64,000 bases of DNA from Enoplolaimus lenunculus (taxonomy: Eukaryota): NCBI GenBank assembly GCA_030248215.1, contig JASANG010003711.1:620001-684000 (forward strand), given 5' to 3'. The translations under genes and the position numbers were made by a program. The notes beneath the pieces are model-generated. The model saw only the letters and a program-made list of their open reading frames with translations, did no database searches and was not told where the DNA came from. Positions 1-14,000 of this stretch are shown piece by piece (position 1 is the stretch's first letter; the number at the start of each line of letters is the position of its first letter).

Positions 1-245
1 GTATATTTAACTTTAAGGTTCCGGTAATTTTTCCAAACTCCGGTCCCGTTAAATTGTAATTCCGGTTGCACCGTGTGCATTTGTGAAAAAGAAACTCCGT
101 GAATGTGCTGCTAAGACAAAGTACAAACAAAACAGTATGACAAATTTAAATCAACCAGCGTCAAACTCTAGTAATTTATTAAATTTCACTCTAACCGTTA
201 AGGTATAATACACTGAATGCAAAAGTTGATTATCAAACCGCCTAC

Positions 246-3200
246 CTTCGCCGCATGATTTGCTACACGCAGTCCAAGAGCTCCACAGCGACCATTCTGG
301 ACACGGCTGTCCACAATCATGTTTCTCCTGAGCTGGTCCTTGACATCCATAGCCTTTGCATTTTCGATGACGCGATTTGTAACCTTAAATTCAAATACAA
401 CTCAACCCATGATGAATCATGTTGAGCGCTTTGTTATTAACAGTAGGCGGATTTATTTGAAAAATATATCGCGAACTATGTTGCGTATATAGATATTTAG
501 TTTGCTTCAGTGTTTCAATTCTTATGCTCTCTATACATTAGTGACTCGACTAAAAGGAATTTGGCTGATATTTATTTCCCTCCTCTAGATGATACCTTCT
601 CTTTGTTGAGTTTTGGCTGGACTCGTTTTCAATCCAGCCCAGCTCCAGTTATTTAGACCACGCATTTTCAACCTACGCCAGCCATTTTCCACGGTTTAAG
701 TTCTTCACTTTTGGAACACAAAGCAAACTAAAAATCCTGAACTCTATTCATTTACGGACTCTAATTAAGGAAATGAACTCTTATAAGATTTAGTCTCAAA
801 CATGGAGAGCTCGGACACTTAATACTCCCTCTCCTCTTATTCGGGTTATTGCATCACTATAAATGCTGGGGAAATCAACTTAAAACTGGGTACTGGCGGA
901 TCTAATCGCGACCACCCAGGCCTAATGCATTAGGTTTAGCAGTAAAATATCCTTTGGCTTATCGATCGCTTATTTGGCCAGTTTTTCCACTTATATTTCA
1001 CGCGGATCCCTTTCGGAAAATTCTGGATCCGCCACTGAAACTAAGTGTAAATTACCTTATTTGCTTCATCACTTTACCCTTCAAAGTAACGTTAGTAGAA
1101 ACAGTTTACCTGAACCACACGATGAAGAACATGACGACCAAGAAGACCATTTATCCCATGACACATAATTCTGACTCGGGTAAGTAGTATCTACTGTGGG
1201 TGGCGCAACCCGCTTTACTCGATGTCGATGTTGAGCGCTCAAAATTGGTCGAGGTCTCGGTGACACGCAAGGTCTAACCCGACAAGTCCGGGTTTGAACA
1301 GCTCGTTTAAAACAGCGTATCCCTGGTGCATTGCCGCAAATAAACTTTCGTTTTTGTATCCCCGTATCGCATGTTCTGAAACAACATAAGAAAAAATAGC
1401 GTTGAAATTAAATTAAACTTTATACCGTTTGACAGCAAACAAAAGATGCCGATAAACTATTCGAATGCTTTAATCCTGTACGGTGTCGACGGCGCCGTTC
1501 GGTGGCGTAAGGTAGTGTCCGCTTTGTCCGGTGCCGTGTGGCGTCGATTAGCGCCGTTCGGACCGCACGGCAACCCATGTGAAGTGCTGCATGACACCGT
1601 ACAACAATTTGTAAACAAACGTTTTTCAACTCGCAGCCACACGACACGAAAAATGCACCCATAATCGTTATATACCCTGTTGTGGCTGTCCACCGTTAGA
1701 TTTGTAGTTATCGCAAATTTCATGGGTTTTCGTACAAAGCCGGGATATTAAAAGCGTTGCGATAGTTTCATTTAGTTTTAAATAGAGTTAAGCTAAGGAA
1801 CCAAGACACTAGAGAAAAATTTGAAATTGAAGAACAATTTGTACTAAGGTAATCGTAGATTTCAAATAAAAACATACTCGCTACACTCAGTCCATGACGA
1901 CCATTCTAGCCATAGGTTGGACTCTGAAGTTTCATCGTTCACACCGTTTTCACTTGATGATTCCTGTGAACCAGGAGCACCAGGCATAGCGGCGATTAAG
2001 TTACGCTTTACGCGATTGGAATGCATCGTAGTGTCAATTTCTGCAAGTGCGATTGAATAACAAAATACCCTACAATCATATTTCATTCGTGTTTTTGAAA
2101 CGTGGGTTCATTTTTGTGAACCCCAGTGCAAATTTTTTGGCTGTTTTGTTGCTGTTTTTGTTGCTGTTTTGCTGCTGTCTTTGTTGCTGTTTTGTTACTG
2201 TTTTTGTTGTTGTTTTTTTGCTGATTTTGGTGCCATTTTGTTGCTATTTTTGTTGCTGCTTTGTTACATTAAATATTTAGTTTATTAGAATACCTTGGGA
2301 TTTGAGCCTGTTTGGCACAAATTAGACTCTTTCTGAAATTGAATTTATTTACCAAATTTTTAATGAGCAGTTGTTAAAATCATATATTTTCTACCGAAAT
2401 TTATTAATATCTGTTCCTGGTATCTTAGGCTTCGCTTTCTTTCATGTCTTAATAACAAAAGACACAAAACAATAAGTTCTTAATTTAGTTTTAAGTCGAT
2501 AAATTTAAACCAATTTTCAACGAGATCTAAGAACCAAATAAAAAATTTATTTACTTCGGTGTGGACAATGATGCATCAATTCATAATAATCAGCTGCGTG
2601 CGAACGTTTCAAAGTCGCATTGTCGCTCGTTTGCTTTTCAGGATACAGCTCGCATATTCTTGATTGTGAATTCATAACAAATGATTGGCAAGATTCGCGA
2701 CCCAATGCAATGCATATTTGTCCGCAGTCTATAAAAATGTAAATCATAACTTTTAAATAGCGCTCTGTAATAACTTTATATAAAATTCAAATATATTCAT
2801 GTTACCTAAGATAACTGGATGTCAATCCGATATATTAAATAATTTACTTATCAAATATTGGAAATAAAAACGAATGAGTAATTTCTTCTCAAAAAATAAT
2901 GCAATTACATTTGTGATAATTCGAATTGATGACGTGTTTAGCCGATATTAAAATAATTGATTTCTGATAACAATTAAATGTTATAGGAGCAAAAGACAAA
3001 TAACTTTTTTGTGATGAACTAAATTATTGGGTTTTTCGTGATTCCACCAGGCGGTGTCAGAAACAAAAACACGTGGATTTCAATAATTTGAGCATATTTG
3101 AGCGTTTTAAAACCTTCCGTGTTCATTTCAAGTGAAAAATATGATTTTTAATGTTCCAAATTGACCCTTGCAACATAAATTTTTCGTCAAAAGTTAGGCA

Positions 3201-4694
3201 AATTATACGTCGTTCGACGCATGTTTCTAAGCTCAGTTGAATGCTGTTAAATTTTTCTCACTCCAACTATTGGTTAACCAGTTATTGGCAAATAACTGTT
3301 TTCGTGCCATCCGCTATCCCAAATTTGACTACTAACTCATTATAAACAGGCGTCAGATTGCGACATGTTTAACACCATTCGACTCAGCTACGCAAATTGC
3401 GTCGAATGATATGTAATAATTCTACGTTTTTACACAAGTTTTTGGGTCTCAAGGCAGGGACTTGGACCTTGAAAAACTCGAATTTTTCAAAAATTCAAAT
3501 TTGGTGTGAAATGTTTAGCGAACGTAATGAGAAGTTCAAATATGCAAAAATTTTCAACATCAGACCGTATTTCGACTCATACTTGCTGGGAGATTACAAA
3601 AAAGACTCAAATCATTTTACTTTATTAATACATACAACCAAAAGTTGAGTAACTTCCGCTCAATGAACACGTGCAAGTAATACATTTGCGGGCAATTCAA
3701 AATGCTTATGCGTGCTTTAGCCGTGAAATAGTAAACCACAGTACCTGTTAACTTGTCGAGATGCATAATCTGCACTGGATGTATTCCACGTAATGTGTGA
3801 GCAACATGTTTCTTAAAGCATTCGTGTGTTTCATCTAAAAATTCGAATGAACACCGAGCGTTCAAATACTGATGAGTAATTTTAATCGTAGTTAAAATTG
3901 AAACAAAGTAGTGGCCGCATCCAGAAATTTGGGTAATGCAGCGCACGGGATGAATGCCTGGAAAAAACTCAAGAGCGGTGCGAGCAACCAACCAAACGCA
4001 ACTTTTAGTCCTAAACCTAAATATGAGATTTTCGTTTTGATCCATGTTTGCTGGCTATGGATGGGTGCTTCCTTACATCGAAAACTGATACAACGCCTTT
4101 AAGTTAACGAAATAATAGATTTTTTACGTTTAATAGTATGTTTAACAAACTTTATTAAAATGTACTTTTAATACTTTTTTGAACTTTAATTTTGAAAACT
4201 TTTGCAAAAAAACTGAAGGCGAGGTTTCTGCAAAATATATAAGCTTTTTTCGATTGGAGTAAATCGTCCCAGTGAGCTAATAATAAATTGGCTAAATCAC
4301 AAATAAGCGCTTTGTGTCATAACGTTATAATTACATTTTTACATCTTAAAATTAAACAGACGAATTGTTAGCAATTTTTAGTGCGAAACTTTCTACATCA
4401 AGTTTAAAAATATGGTCAAACATTTGATGCAAAATTTATACCAACTTTATTCAACTTTAGTTGTTCCTTTTAATTCTTGATTCCGTGCTGATACTAGTAG
4501 CCTATTCGTCAAAAATCTAAGATTTTCGTGTCAAAACAAACTAGTTAATCGAACTGAATTTTAACGACAATTTATATGTTACTACCTTAATATTTGTATA
4601 TTCCCAAAATTAAATCAAATCGCTTACCAGTTACTCCAAACGAGACATATACAGTAACAATCAGTACTGTCACAAAGAGATTTCTGAATATCAT
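246..4694 (-). CDS. Secreted PAN/apple-domain + thrombospondin type-1 repeat protein (3' end lies beyond the left edge of the window)
   Basis: Six GT-AG exons join in frame: 4694-4628 (signal-peptide-like MIFRNLFVTVLIVTVYVSFGVT), 3834-3745 and 2728-2555 (PAN-like ECFKK...DCGQICIALGRESCQSFVMNSQSRICELY...DYYELMHHC), 2040-1878 (WLEWSSWTECS), 1375-1110 (TCDTGIQKRKFIC...QTRTCRVRPC; WDKWSSWSSCSSSCGSG) and 383-246 (YKSRHRKC...WSLWSSWTACSKSCGEG). The WxxWxxCSxxCG motifs are the TSP1 signature. Confidence 0.85.
539..851. mobile_element. Degenerate MITE, same family as 47952-48370
   Basis: Ends TAGTGACTCGACTAA...TTATTCGGGTTATTG; shares TTACGGACTCT and CTCTTATTCGGGT blocks with 47952-48370. Confidence 0.45.
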
Positions 4695-6142
4695 TTTATC
4701 AATGAAATGGTTTTTGGGCAAAAGTTAGCACAGAGGCCGGGTTTTATTCCAAAACAAACGAAATATCTGAAACCAGGAGAATCGAGAAAACCACCTTGCT
4801 ATAAAATAGAAATAGATCAAGTAAAAAAAACAAAGCCAAAAAAGCTTCAAAAACACACTGTATCGTCTAATTGTCGTAAAGTCGTTTTAGAGTAAACATT
4901 TCGCAAAAAATTTTTTCGACTATAAAACTTCTCTAAATAAACGGCAGAGTTTTACCCGATGTATTGCAGATGCAATTAATGCGTGCAAAATGCGATTTAC
5001 TGCAGTGCTAGGCGTGTGTGCTTTTTTGCAATATTTTGCTTCGTAATATTAATTTGTTTGCGACTCGTCTGCTGCAAAACGTGTGAACAAAACGTAAATG
5101 CTTAACAGTTTATTTTGCTGCCCCCGCAAATTGAGTACCTAACGTTTGTAAAACGTTGTGCTTGCTGCAGCTGACTAAGGTTTTCTTATAAAATTTACTA
5201 ATTTATCTTATGCTTGTCAGTATTAAGGATAGCACTTTGAAAACCTGTCATAAGTATACTTTCTCGCTATTTCTATACGAATAATTAGTAAACTAGAACT
5301 GCAAATGAATGACTCAATCAATTGTTACATTCAATTTGAACAGCTAAGTTTAAAATTTTTATGTATGAGAATTTTTTAAAAATTAGTAAAAGTCAATGTT
5401 CTTAGAGCAATGAACATTAATAAATTTTTTACAGTAATTCACAAATCCTTTTGTGACAAGTACACATTAAACTTTTGCAATGGTCCACCTTCGGCATTTA
5501 TAGCAACCCAATCAACTTTCAAAATCTCTGGGCGTTGTGCAGAAATCTGGTATGAGATTAAGGCAAATTGCAAGAGTTTTGAACGGTTAAAAGTGAGAGA
5601 GAAAAAGATAAAAAATTATTATTTTCAAGTAGAACCTACTCAAAACCAAAATTTGACAAAACATTTTATGCCTATCACCGTTTGTCGATACTCAACACGA
5701 AAACGGACCAAAAACAAACTTTGAATGTTATCTGTCAAACTATTAACACTGGTGCAAAAATAGCAAATTACCGCATATTGTATGTAAACAAACTGTGATT
5801 TTAAAAAGCGACCAAACTAATAAATTTAGGCTGTTTCTTGCAATTACTGTTTTCGTCACATTTAGCTGTTATACATATATGGATAGCGTCTGCACGTGAA
5901 TTGATGCGGAAGTATGTTTGTAGCCGATTCGTGTTTGTTTTGAAACTTCTGCTGAGTACAACAATATTATATATAATTCGGATTCAACGGAGCCTCCAGC
6001 GGTGATTTCCCAATCCTGAAACCAGCTGTATTTATATCGACTTAATTGAACTGTAATTATTGCCGAAAAACAATCAAATTTAATCTGGTTTAAAAGTTTA
6101 AAATGAGGAATTAGACCTATTTGAAATTTACGTCAACGTAAC

Positions 6143-6300
6143 TGAAGATCAGGAGCGGAACGTTTTTCAGCGAGACTGCAATAGAGCAAAAGCTTAAGGT
6201 TTATATTAATTTTTTGCTTAGAATTAGGTATAAGTTCATTCTTACGCATAGAGTCTGGCTTAGGCTTAGGTTTAGCGTTAGAAACATGCTTATGCTACTG
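6143..6300. mobile_element. Degenerate copy of the TTAGGC-containing MITE family
   Basis: AAGATCAGGAGCGGAACGTTTTT start and internal GGCTTAGGCTTAGGTTTAGCG...ATGCTTATG are similar to 40629-40869. Confidence 0.55.
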
Positions 6301-6821
6301 ATACGGCCTAGTTCTATACATTGGACGAAACTTACCAGCGGTTCCGTCCACTGAATGAAATGGGTGCATGCGGTCCAAACGGTCCATGGCGGCATTATTT
6401 TGAGTTGAGTTTGTTGCGTATTTGTTTTGAATCAAGACATCGTCCGCTGCTCCGTGCATCAAAAAGTAAGCTTAAGCATCGATAAATTAGCAGACACTAA
6501 ATCCGTAACTGAAAATTTTTCCTGTTCAAACGAAGAAAAACTTAAGACACAACGCAAGTATAAATGATGTACGAGTTAAAAGCGATGCCTCAAAGTTGTA
6601 CAAAATTTTGTGCCAGTGTTTGATATTTTCAGTCAGAAATGGTTTCATTAGTTGCTCCTAATATCAAGGTGTAGCCGGAAGTGAAAAACACCTGAGCCAC
6701 GGGTCCACAAAATTTGCAAGAGCAGGAGGTAAAACCGAAGGTGTGACGAAATTATGTAGTTAAAATGATGTTAACTTTTTCGCACATGAATATTTTCTAT
6801 TTCCCTTGAGACCTACTTTTA

Positions 6822-6888
6822 TGCTAGGATTCGAACTCCAGTGACTGGAGTGGGAGGCGTTTACCATCACCACTCAGCTATAGGAGCT
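6822..6888 (-). pseudogene. tRNA-derived pol III relic (SINE head or pseudo-tRNA)
   Basis: Minus strand shows an A-box-like TAGCTGAGTGG and a B-box GAGTTCGAATCC at tRNA-like spacing; no intact cloverleaf. Confidence 0.5.
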
Positions 6889-9800
6889 TGACGCTCGAGC
6901 CCGAGGGGGCTCTCACGTCTTGTGGTGATTTAGTACTATGTATAGGTGTTGCAATTGTTAAACACGGTGCGATATATATTATTTAACATATATACTGCGC
7001 TGAGTTGCCTCTAGGCAACTCAATGTGAGAAGGGGTTAAGTTCGCTAGTGTTAGTAAATATCTGTAACGTGTTGTTTTAAATAAATTGGTTTCAAGCTTA
7101 ATTTTTTACCCATCTATAGGCCATTTTTTTTCCACAAGTTTGCACTAAAAGTTACAATGAAACGCAGCAACCAAATAAATTTTATATCCCGTCAAATTTT
7201 TTTGGGAAAAATCATACTAGTCACCTTTTATTCTTCAATATCATATGATATTCGAGGTATGGGCTGTGAATAACGTACGATATTATATATATTCAAATGT
7301 CCGCAATTGTGCCCCTGCCGCCCAACTTTTCATTCATTTATTAGTACCCAAACGTTACACTGTCCCGCTGAATATCGTATGATATTCGGTGAAATTTCAA
7401 GTGTTCTAAAACGCCGAATTTGTTTCGATGCTACTGCCAACTGCGTGGAAATGATTGTGAACTATTCGCCATGGCGAATCTTATTTAAATTTAACAGCTT
7501 TAATAGTAACAATATAAAAAATTGCACTACCGAAATTGTAGGAATCAGAACGAAAATTGTGCCCGAGGTGTACTTTTCAAATACAGATACAATTCCGCGT
7601 CCTATTTTTTCGTTAATCTTACCAATTATCTCCACGCGACAAAACGATGTTTGACTTTATTGCATCATTTAGAAAACAATTCTAAACCTCAAAACTTATA
7701 TACAGGGTATCGCTACATATATATGCACCGAGATCACAAACGGTACACCCGTCCAAAGTCGTTTAATGAGCGTGCCTTCAGCGGTAGGTTCGTGACAGCA
7801 AGGCATTTAGCCATTCCCAGGAACAATTCCTAAATGTTTCCGACTGTATTGTACATCAATAAACTCAACATTTTACTTCAAACAAAACCGATAGCACGCC
7901 ACATTCAAAGTGCAACTTGAGATGAGGCAACATATATATTGAAATTGAAAATCGAACAAATTAAACTAATAAATGATATAGAGATTACCAACCAACAATA
8001 TTTTAAGTTGACGTTTCTGTTTTGATAGATCACGATGAAGATGTCCAGTTGCACCCCGCAATATTTACTGATCATGTGCATGGTGCAAACATAAAGTGAA
8101 CGCTAAAAATTAAATTTTGAAATAAGCACATTCATAACATGACATCCCATATTGAATTCTCGCTATATGTATTTAACGTTTAACATGCTAACCGTAGGTT
8201 TTCAGATTCAGTACTTGTCAAACAGAGTGCAACCGGAGGTAAAAAAATTTTCGGATCTCCAGGCAAAAACACTACCGGAACCGGAAGTCGATTTTCCGCC
8301 GGAGCTGGATACAAATCTCTAATGGTTGTAATCCAATTGTCTAAATACATTTTCTAAATATAATATCAATAGTTGGCAGATGTAGCAATGAAGTAGTGAT
8401 CGTTGGCAGAAACGCATCCTTTTCGAATGTGTCACATATACCAAAAAGCATTATATATTTTTAACGCAATAATTTTCAATTTTGCCAATGTTTTTCAGGA
8501 GCAGTCATATTTTCTGTAAAAGTTTCCAGCGGCCACAAGTTTTCCGAACAAAATAGCCGGGCGACCAAAATTTTACAAAAGTGAACCTAAGCTTTTCAGT
8601 AAATAGCCGAAGGTAAAAATTTTCCAAACAAATCAAGGGCATCACTTTTTTACCGACATCAGTACCACCTCTGATAAGGTGAATTGGTGTTATGTCAAAA
8701 TTTTTGCAGTTCACACATAATTGCTATTAATAAGCGCGTCCCTGTGCAATTCGGTACCAGTGCATACTTGCTACAAAAAGAAACGACAAAATGAACAGGC
8801 ACTCCAGTTTATAACCACCAATCTACTCTTAAACACTAACTGCAGAAGGGGCTTAAAATAGTAGCACTTCAAGTGTTTTTCAAAAACAATACATAATCAA
8901 TATTAAGTCATTGTGTCGAACTGTGAACAATGATAAATTAACTGTTGTTAAAAATCTTTGCTTAAGAAAACATATCTTTGACGCTTATGCATCGTTCGCC
9001 TATTATTCACTTTGCCACCGAAAATGCCCGCCTATTAAAGTTAACGAATCTCAAACTCTAAAATTAAAACTCGCAAAACCTACCTTACCTTAGTGACTTG
9101 CGTCAAGTTGTGTTGAACAGATGCGTTGAACACAAAGTAAGGTTAACTAGCGGTAATGTTAAATTTCTCACTCGTTCATCCTTACGCAACGGATTGGACG
9201 ATGCATAAGAAACTAACTGACTATACCTCACTTGAGAAATACATGATCAGATTGTTAGTAAACAAATTTGAGGAACAAATAAAATAAAGCGTTAAACGAC
9301 AAGTTAAATCAATAACCAAAACAAAACACAAATTGCCAATAAAATACATATCAACACAACAAACATTTTAAAATTAATAACCAAAAAGGTAAGTTTGTGT
9401 TATTTCGAAAAAAATCGCAGAATAGCTGCGTCAAAACTTTAAAGCCATCCACTTGTGAGAACAAACCGCCTAGTAAATTTAAAACCTGCTACACCTGACT
9501 ACGTCTTATGACTGTTAAATGCGGTAAAATACATAAAATTTTATGAAATAGTTTAGACTATTAATACATAACCACAATCATAGGTTTATACCTAATTTCA
9601 AATGATTTGACTACTATTTTAAGATTTTAGCAAATTACGTACGATTGAGAAAGGTTTAGTCAAGTGCACATAATACATTCGCAAAAACTTTAATGAATTT
9701 AACTGCACGCCAATACATTTAACTCCGTATGCAACTTAACCATGAACTCAATTATGTTAAATTAAATTAGAGCTTTTTGAAAAACGATAAGACGGTGGCT

Positions 9801-11026
9801 TTTGTTAATTTCTTCGAAAAAATGAGTGTCGATCATCAAATTTATATGCTTTTAAAGTTGAGAAAACCCCAACAGTTCTCATGCGCTAAAGTCACATCAT
9901 TGAAATTAAAAAGCGTTCAGTGTAGAAGCACTATTTCAATTTTATTTGAGTGTACACTTACACAAATACCAAACTGTTGGCGAAACACGCTAGATTTAAC
10001 GAAAAACACAACAAAAACATAAATAAAGACAAACAAAATGGTTACGGTATGTAACAGTTCAAAATTCCAATATTATGCAATAGCATGTTAAACTCTGAAA
10101 CAAATGCAACAGCTACGTCAATAACAAATCGTACAACAAAAACACAGTAATCTAAAGCATTTAGGTTTGTAGGGTTGAATAGGAACCAAGTACTATTAGC
10201 TTCTAAAAAATTCGATCTATGGTACATTTTCTCAAATGCGTATAGCACCAATCACCAATAAGTAATAGATGTTCAGAATCAACAATTCTTGCAGTTGCGG
10301 CTTTCTAAACTTGCACCGTAGGTCGCCAGTTAAACCTTAAAAATATGCTGATTTTCAAAGTTAGCTAGTCATTGATACAAAAGACATATCGCTAACCGGC
10401 GATATATGCTACACAGAATAATCAGGATTTATGGAATATTTAGATGGAAATGAGATTTTGTGATTGACTATTTTAACACCACAGTGCTTAGCTGCCGGAT
10501 GAAAATTAATTCAATTACGCTGCCAGGATTTTAAAATAAACCTAAGAAAAACCCACAAATGTTACCAACTCTTACATTTCATGGATTAAACCAGGTTTGC
10601 CCAAATTCTCGGCGCTTCCCAAACTACTTCGAATGTGTAAAAAACGTTGGCTAATAACATATGTTTATCGCACTGTATCCTAGATAATGATTTGCGGCAC
10701 ATGGTAAAGAGCATATTACAGCATTCACAAAAGTTAATTCCAAGCTGAGCATCAAAAACGAGATATAGTAGGGTTAACCAATAGTAGGAATAACCAGTGA
10801 CCATTTTTTAAATTTGTCACATGTTTAATCTACCATAACCACAAAGATACAACATGTGCCGTTCATTGTTATGGAAGGTTTACCGTGTGGCAAAATTAGA
10901 AAATTGCTGCTCATTAACACTGTCATGTTTTTTGGTGCCTGGCTGGAAATTATTACTGTGAATGCTGTATAAAACACACAATGACAAACTTTCACGAAAT
11001 ATCCATTCAAAACAAAATCTTCTAGT

Positions 11027-14000
11027 CTAGTCGTTGTGTACCGGGACAACCAACAGCGCTTTCTGACATGCAACTGTGAAACTATCTGAAATTGAAATTG
11101 ATTAATAATGATAATCTACAACCAAACTGAACAAAATCCAAAAATGATTTGAAACTGAAATAAAACATGCTATTTGCAGAAGAGATCAACATACAATTAA
11201 ATTTCGAAAGAAAAATGTTCGCAAAGCTAAGCTGCGGGTCAGTTGAGACAATTCTTATGAAATTTGAACAATTTGATCACCAAATCGATAAGTACTCGAT
11301 GTTATTTCACAAGCACACTAAACCAATCGTAACATACTTACTTCGATGTTGCAATGCAAAATCTTAGGTATATAACAGTAACTTATTCTGTGTACTAACC
11401 TACAACTCGATTGAATGTCACAGGTTTCTGTTTCCAGTATACGAAACAGAAGTACACCGGGACACCAGTCAACATGATGCCTATACCAATAACTGAAAAT
11501 ATTAGCAAAAACAGTTTTGTATAAGTTTGCCCATAAAATGTTAATACAACGACATCACCGAAGCAAAAAAGCAGCGCTGTACTTATGATGATACCATACG
11601 ACACGCTGACGTACGGTGATGAAAGGCCGCCCTAATGTGCATAGAGTGTTACGGTTCTGGAAACACATACCCTAGTCTTCTATTATGTACTGTATTCTTA
11701 CTAATTTCAAATTACAGTTGCAACTTCTACTACATCGTTGTTAATGTCGCTTAAACATAAATCATACGCTGTTAAATAAAAACATTTCAGCAACATGAAA
11801 AAACTAATCTACAATAAATAAAAATTTCTGCAAACGTACACGAGTCCACCGGAGTTTTAACAATTGGAAACACGACTAAGAATACGCATCCTATCAAAAA
11901 CATAATTGGAAATGCGATCGGGACCTAAAATACAGAAACAAAACAACGAATCATGCATGTATACAATCAGAACATAAAATATAAACACAGACTGACAATA
12001 TGGTTTTGCTGCAATTTTTAGATGAAATGTTTAGCATTGTAACACGAACATCCTGATGATTATAGTGGCTTCAGCTTCCTCTACAGTAAGAATTTGTACT
12101 CAAGCTCACTGAATCAGCTGTTCCGATACTGCCTTTCAGATTCGCTTCCTTCGAGCACACAACAGGGTTCATCGAAATTTCGGTTCCGTCCAGAATTCCT
12201 ACAAAATTCCCTTCCTGTTACGGCAATCTGGTCTTCATGAAACACAATTTTCTAGTTTGTGCAAAATTATTCTTTCAAAAAGTGACGTAGTTATACGGAC
12301 AAGTCGGCTAAGTAAGTGTTTTGGTTGGACTATGTTCATAACACTTTCCCATCATCTGAAACCTACTTTCAGGGGTCGCGGAAATAAGTTGTGTGGCTTA
12401 GTGTGGCGCATATAGAGCAGCCCCACGGTAGCTATTCCAATTGCGAGCCAATTGACAATCTGTACGTAGTTGATCAAGGTGTAGATGTTGTTGCTAAGGA
12501 TGAGATAAAACAAAGCCAAGATGCCCTAAAATAACAGAATATTTGTGTTAAACCTTATGCAGTTCATAAAATAGGACAACAGAAAAGCAAAAACTCAAAG
12601 GTTACAACTAAAAACATATCTACGCTTTGGGTAAGGAGAGTAAATTTCTTTGTTGACTATGGGTGGATCTATACTTTTTGACTACGTATTATAATGTCAT
12701 TCAGCGGCATCCAACACCGTACATTAATTACTGCACTGCACCGTAAACAAGTTTTAACTAGCAGAGCCGCCCCGTGCCAGGTGAAGTAACACAACTATAA
12801 CGCCCACTAAGAATGGCGCTGTACTTTTGATGGCGTCCAGCGCTGTCCGTCACCATCCAAATTGTATGGTGATGAACGATAACACAACAGGTATAGCGAC
12901 TTTTAACTGTCATACATGACACACGATTCTTTTAAACGGACCTTTCCGGTATGTAAAAACCAACTATATATTCTAAACAAAATGCAATTGCAAGATGGCG
13001 AAATTCGTGTGTTTAACAACTCATTCAAATCTTAAAAGTAACTGCTTAAAATATTAAACAATTATATACGCATTACTTACTGTAAATACAACTGCTGGAA
13101 TTGGTGTAACCCAATACGGATTAATCATGCTCAATATCAGTGGCATATGATTCTCGCGTCCAGCGACGTAAAACAAGCTGCAATGAATGTTTTCGTAACC
13201 TGTATTATACCATAACCCGAGTCCGAAATCTACTAACCATAGCGCTATAATGAATGAACTTGCAAAATATATTATAATAAAGAACATAAAATTTGGCAAA
13301 TTTGTTAACATTCATAGACTGGTGAATCGCTACCTACACCACACAAATTTACAAACAAAATATAAAAATTACCGCGATGACGTTAGCAGAACGCCGTTAA
13401 CAGTTCCAAAGCATGACATGGCCACGAACACAGGCATTATCCACGACATAACTCCATAAAATCTGTCCGCAAACGTCTTAAACAAAACAAAAATAGAACA
13501 ATATCAGTAGTTTTAGAGTTGCGTTATGCTTCTTGAACATTTCAAAGTCATCCAATGCCGTCAGGCATCGCAGGCGAATTGAAATCCGTCATCGGTAAAC
13601 AAATTCACAAGTTAAATTTTGTAACTTAAGGCGCCGTCCGACACCGAAAGTAGCTGCAAGGCAACCATAGCGCCATACTAATACTACATATACTAAAAAT
13701 TTTATTTCAATTGGTTGGAGCAAAAATTTAAACCAATGCTTGACTTGCGCGTGTTTACAGTTGCATGTTCTGGCTGCCTTGGCCTAATAGACAATCCGTA
13801 TAATGATTCGATGGGCGCGTGATGTAATTATTTGGACAACACTGCTCGAATTGGCAACCGGTGTAAACACGCAAGTAGTAATTATCGCAATTGACTGGGT
13901 ACTTACCACAGCAACTGCAGGACTATCTAAAAGCTCGTCTACAGTAACGCCAGCGTAAAAGCTAATATTGGTCAACACATAAACAATAGTACACAATGTG

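Noticed and set aside
2047..2280. Hydrophobic Cys/Leu/Phe-rich membrane peptide ORF
   Set aside because: Derived from a TTTTGTTGCTG-type simple repeat, antisense within an intron of the PAN-TSP1 gene.
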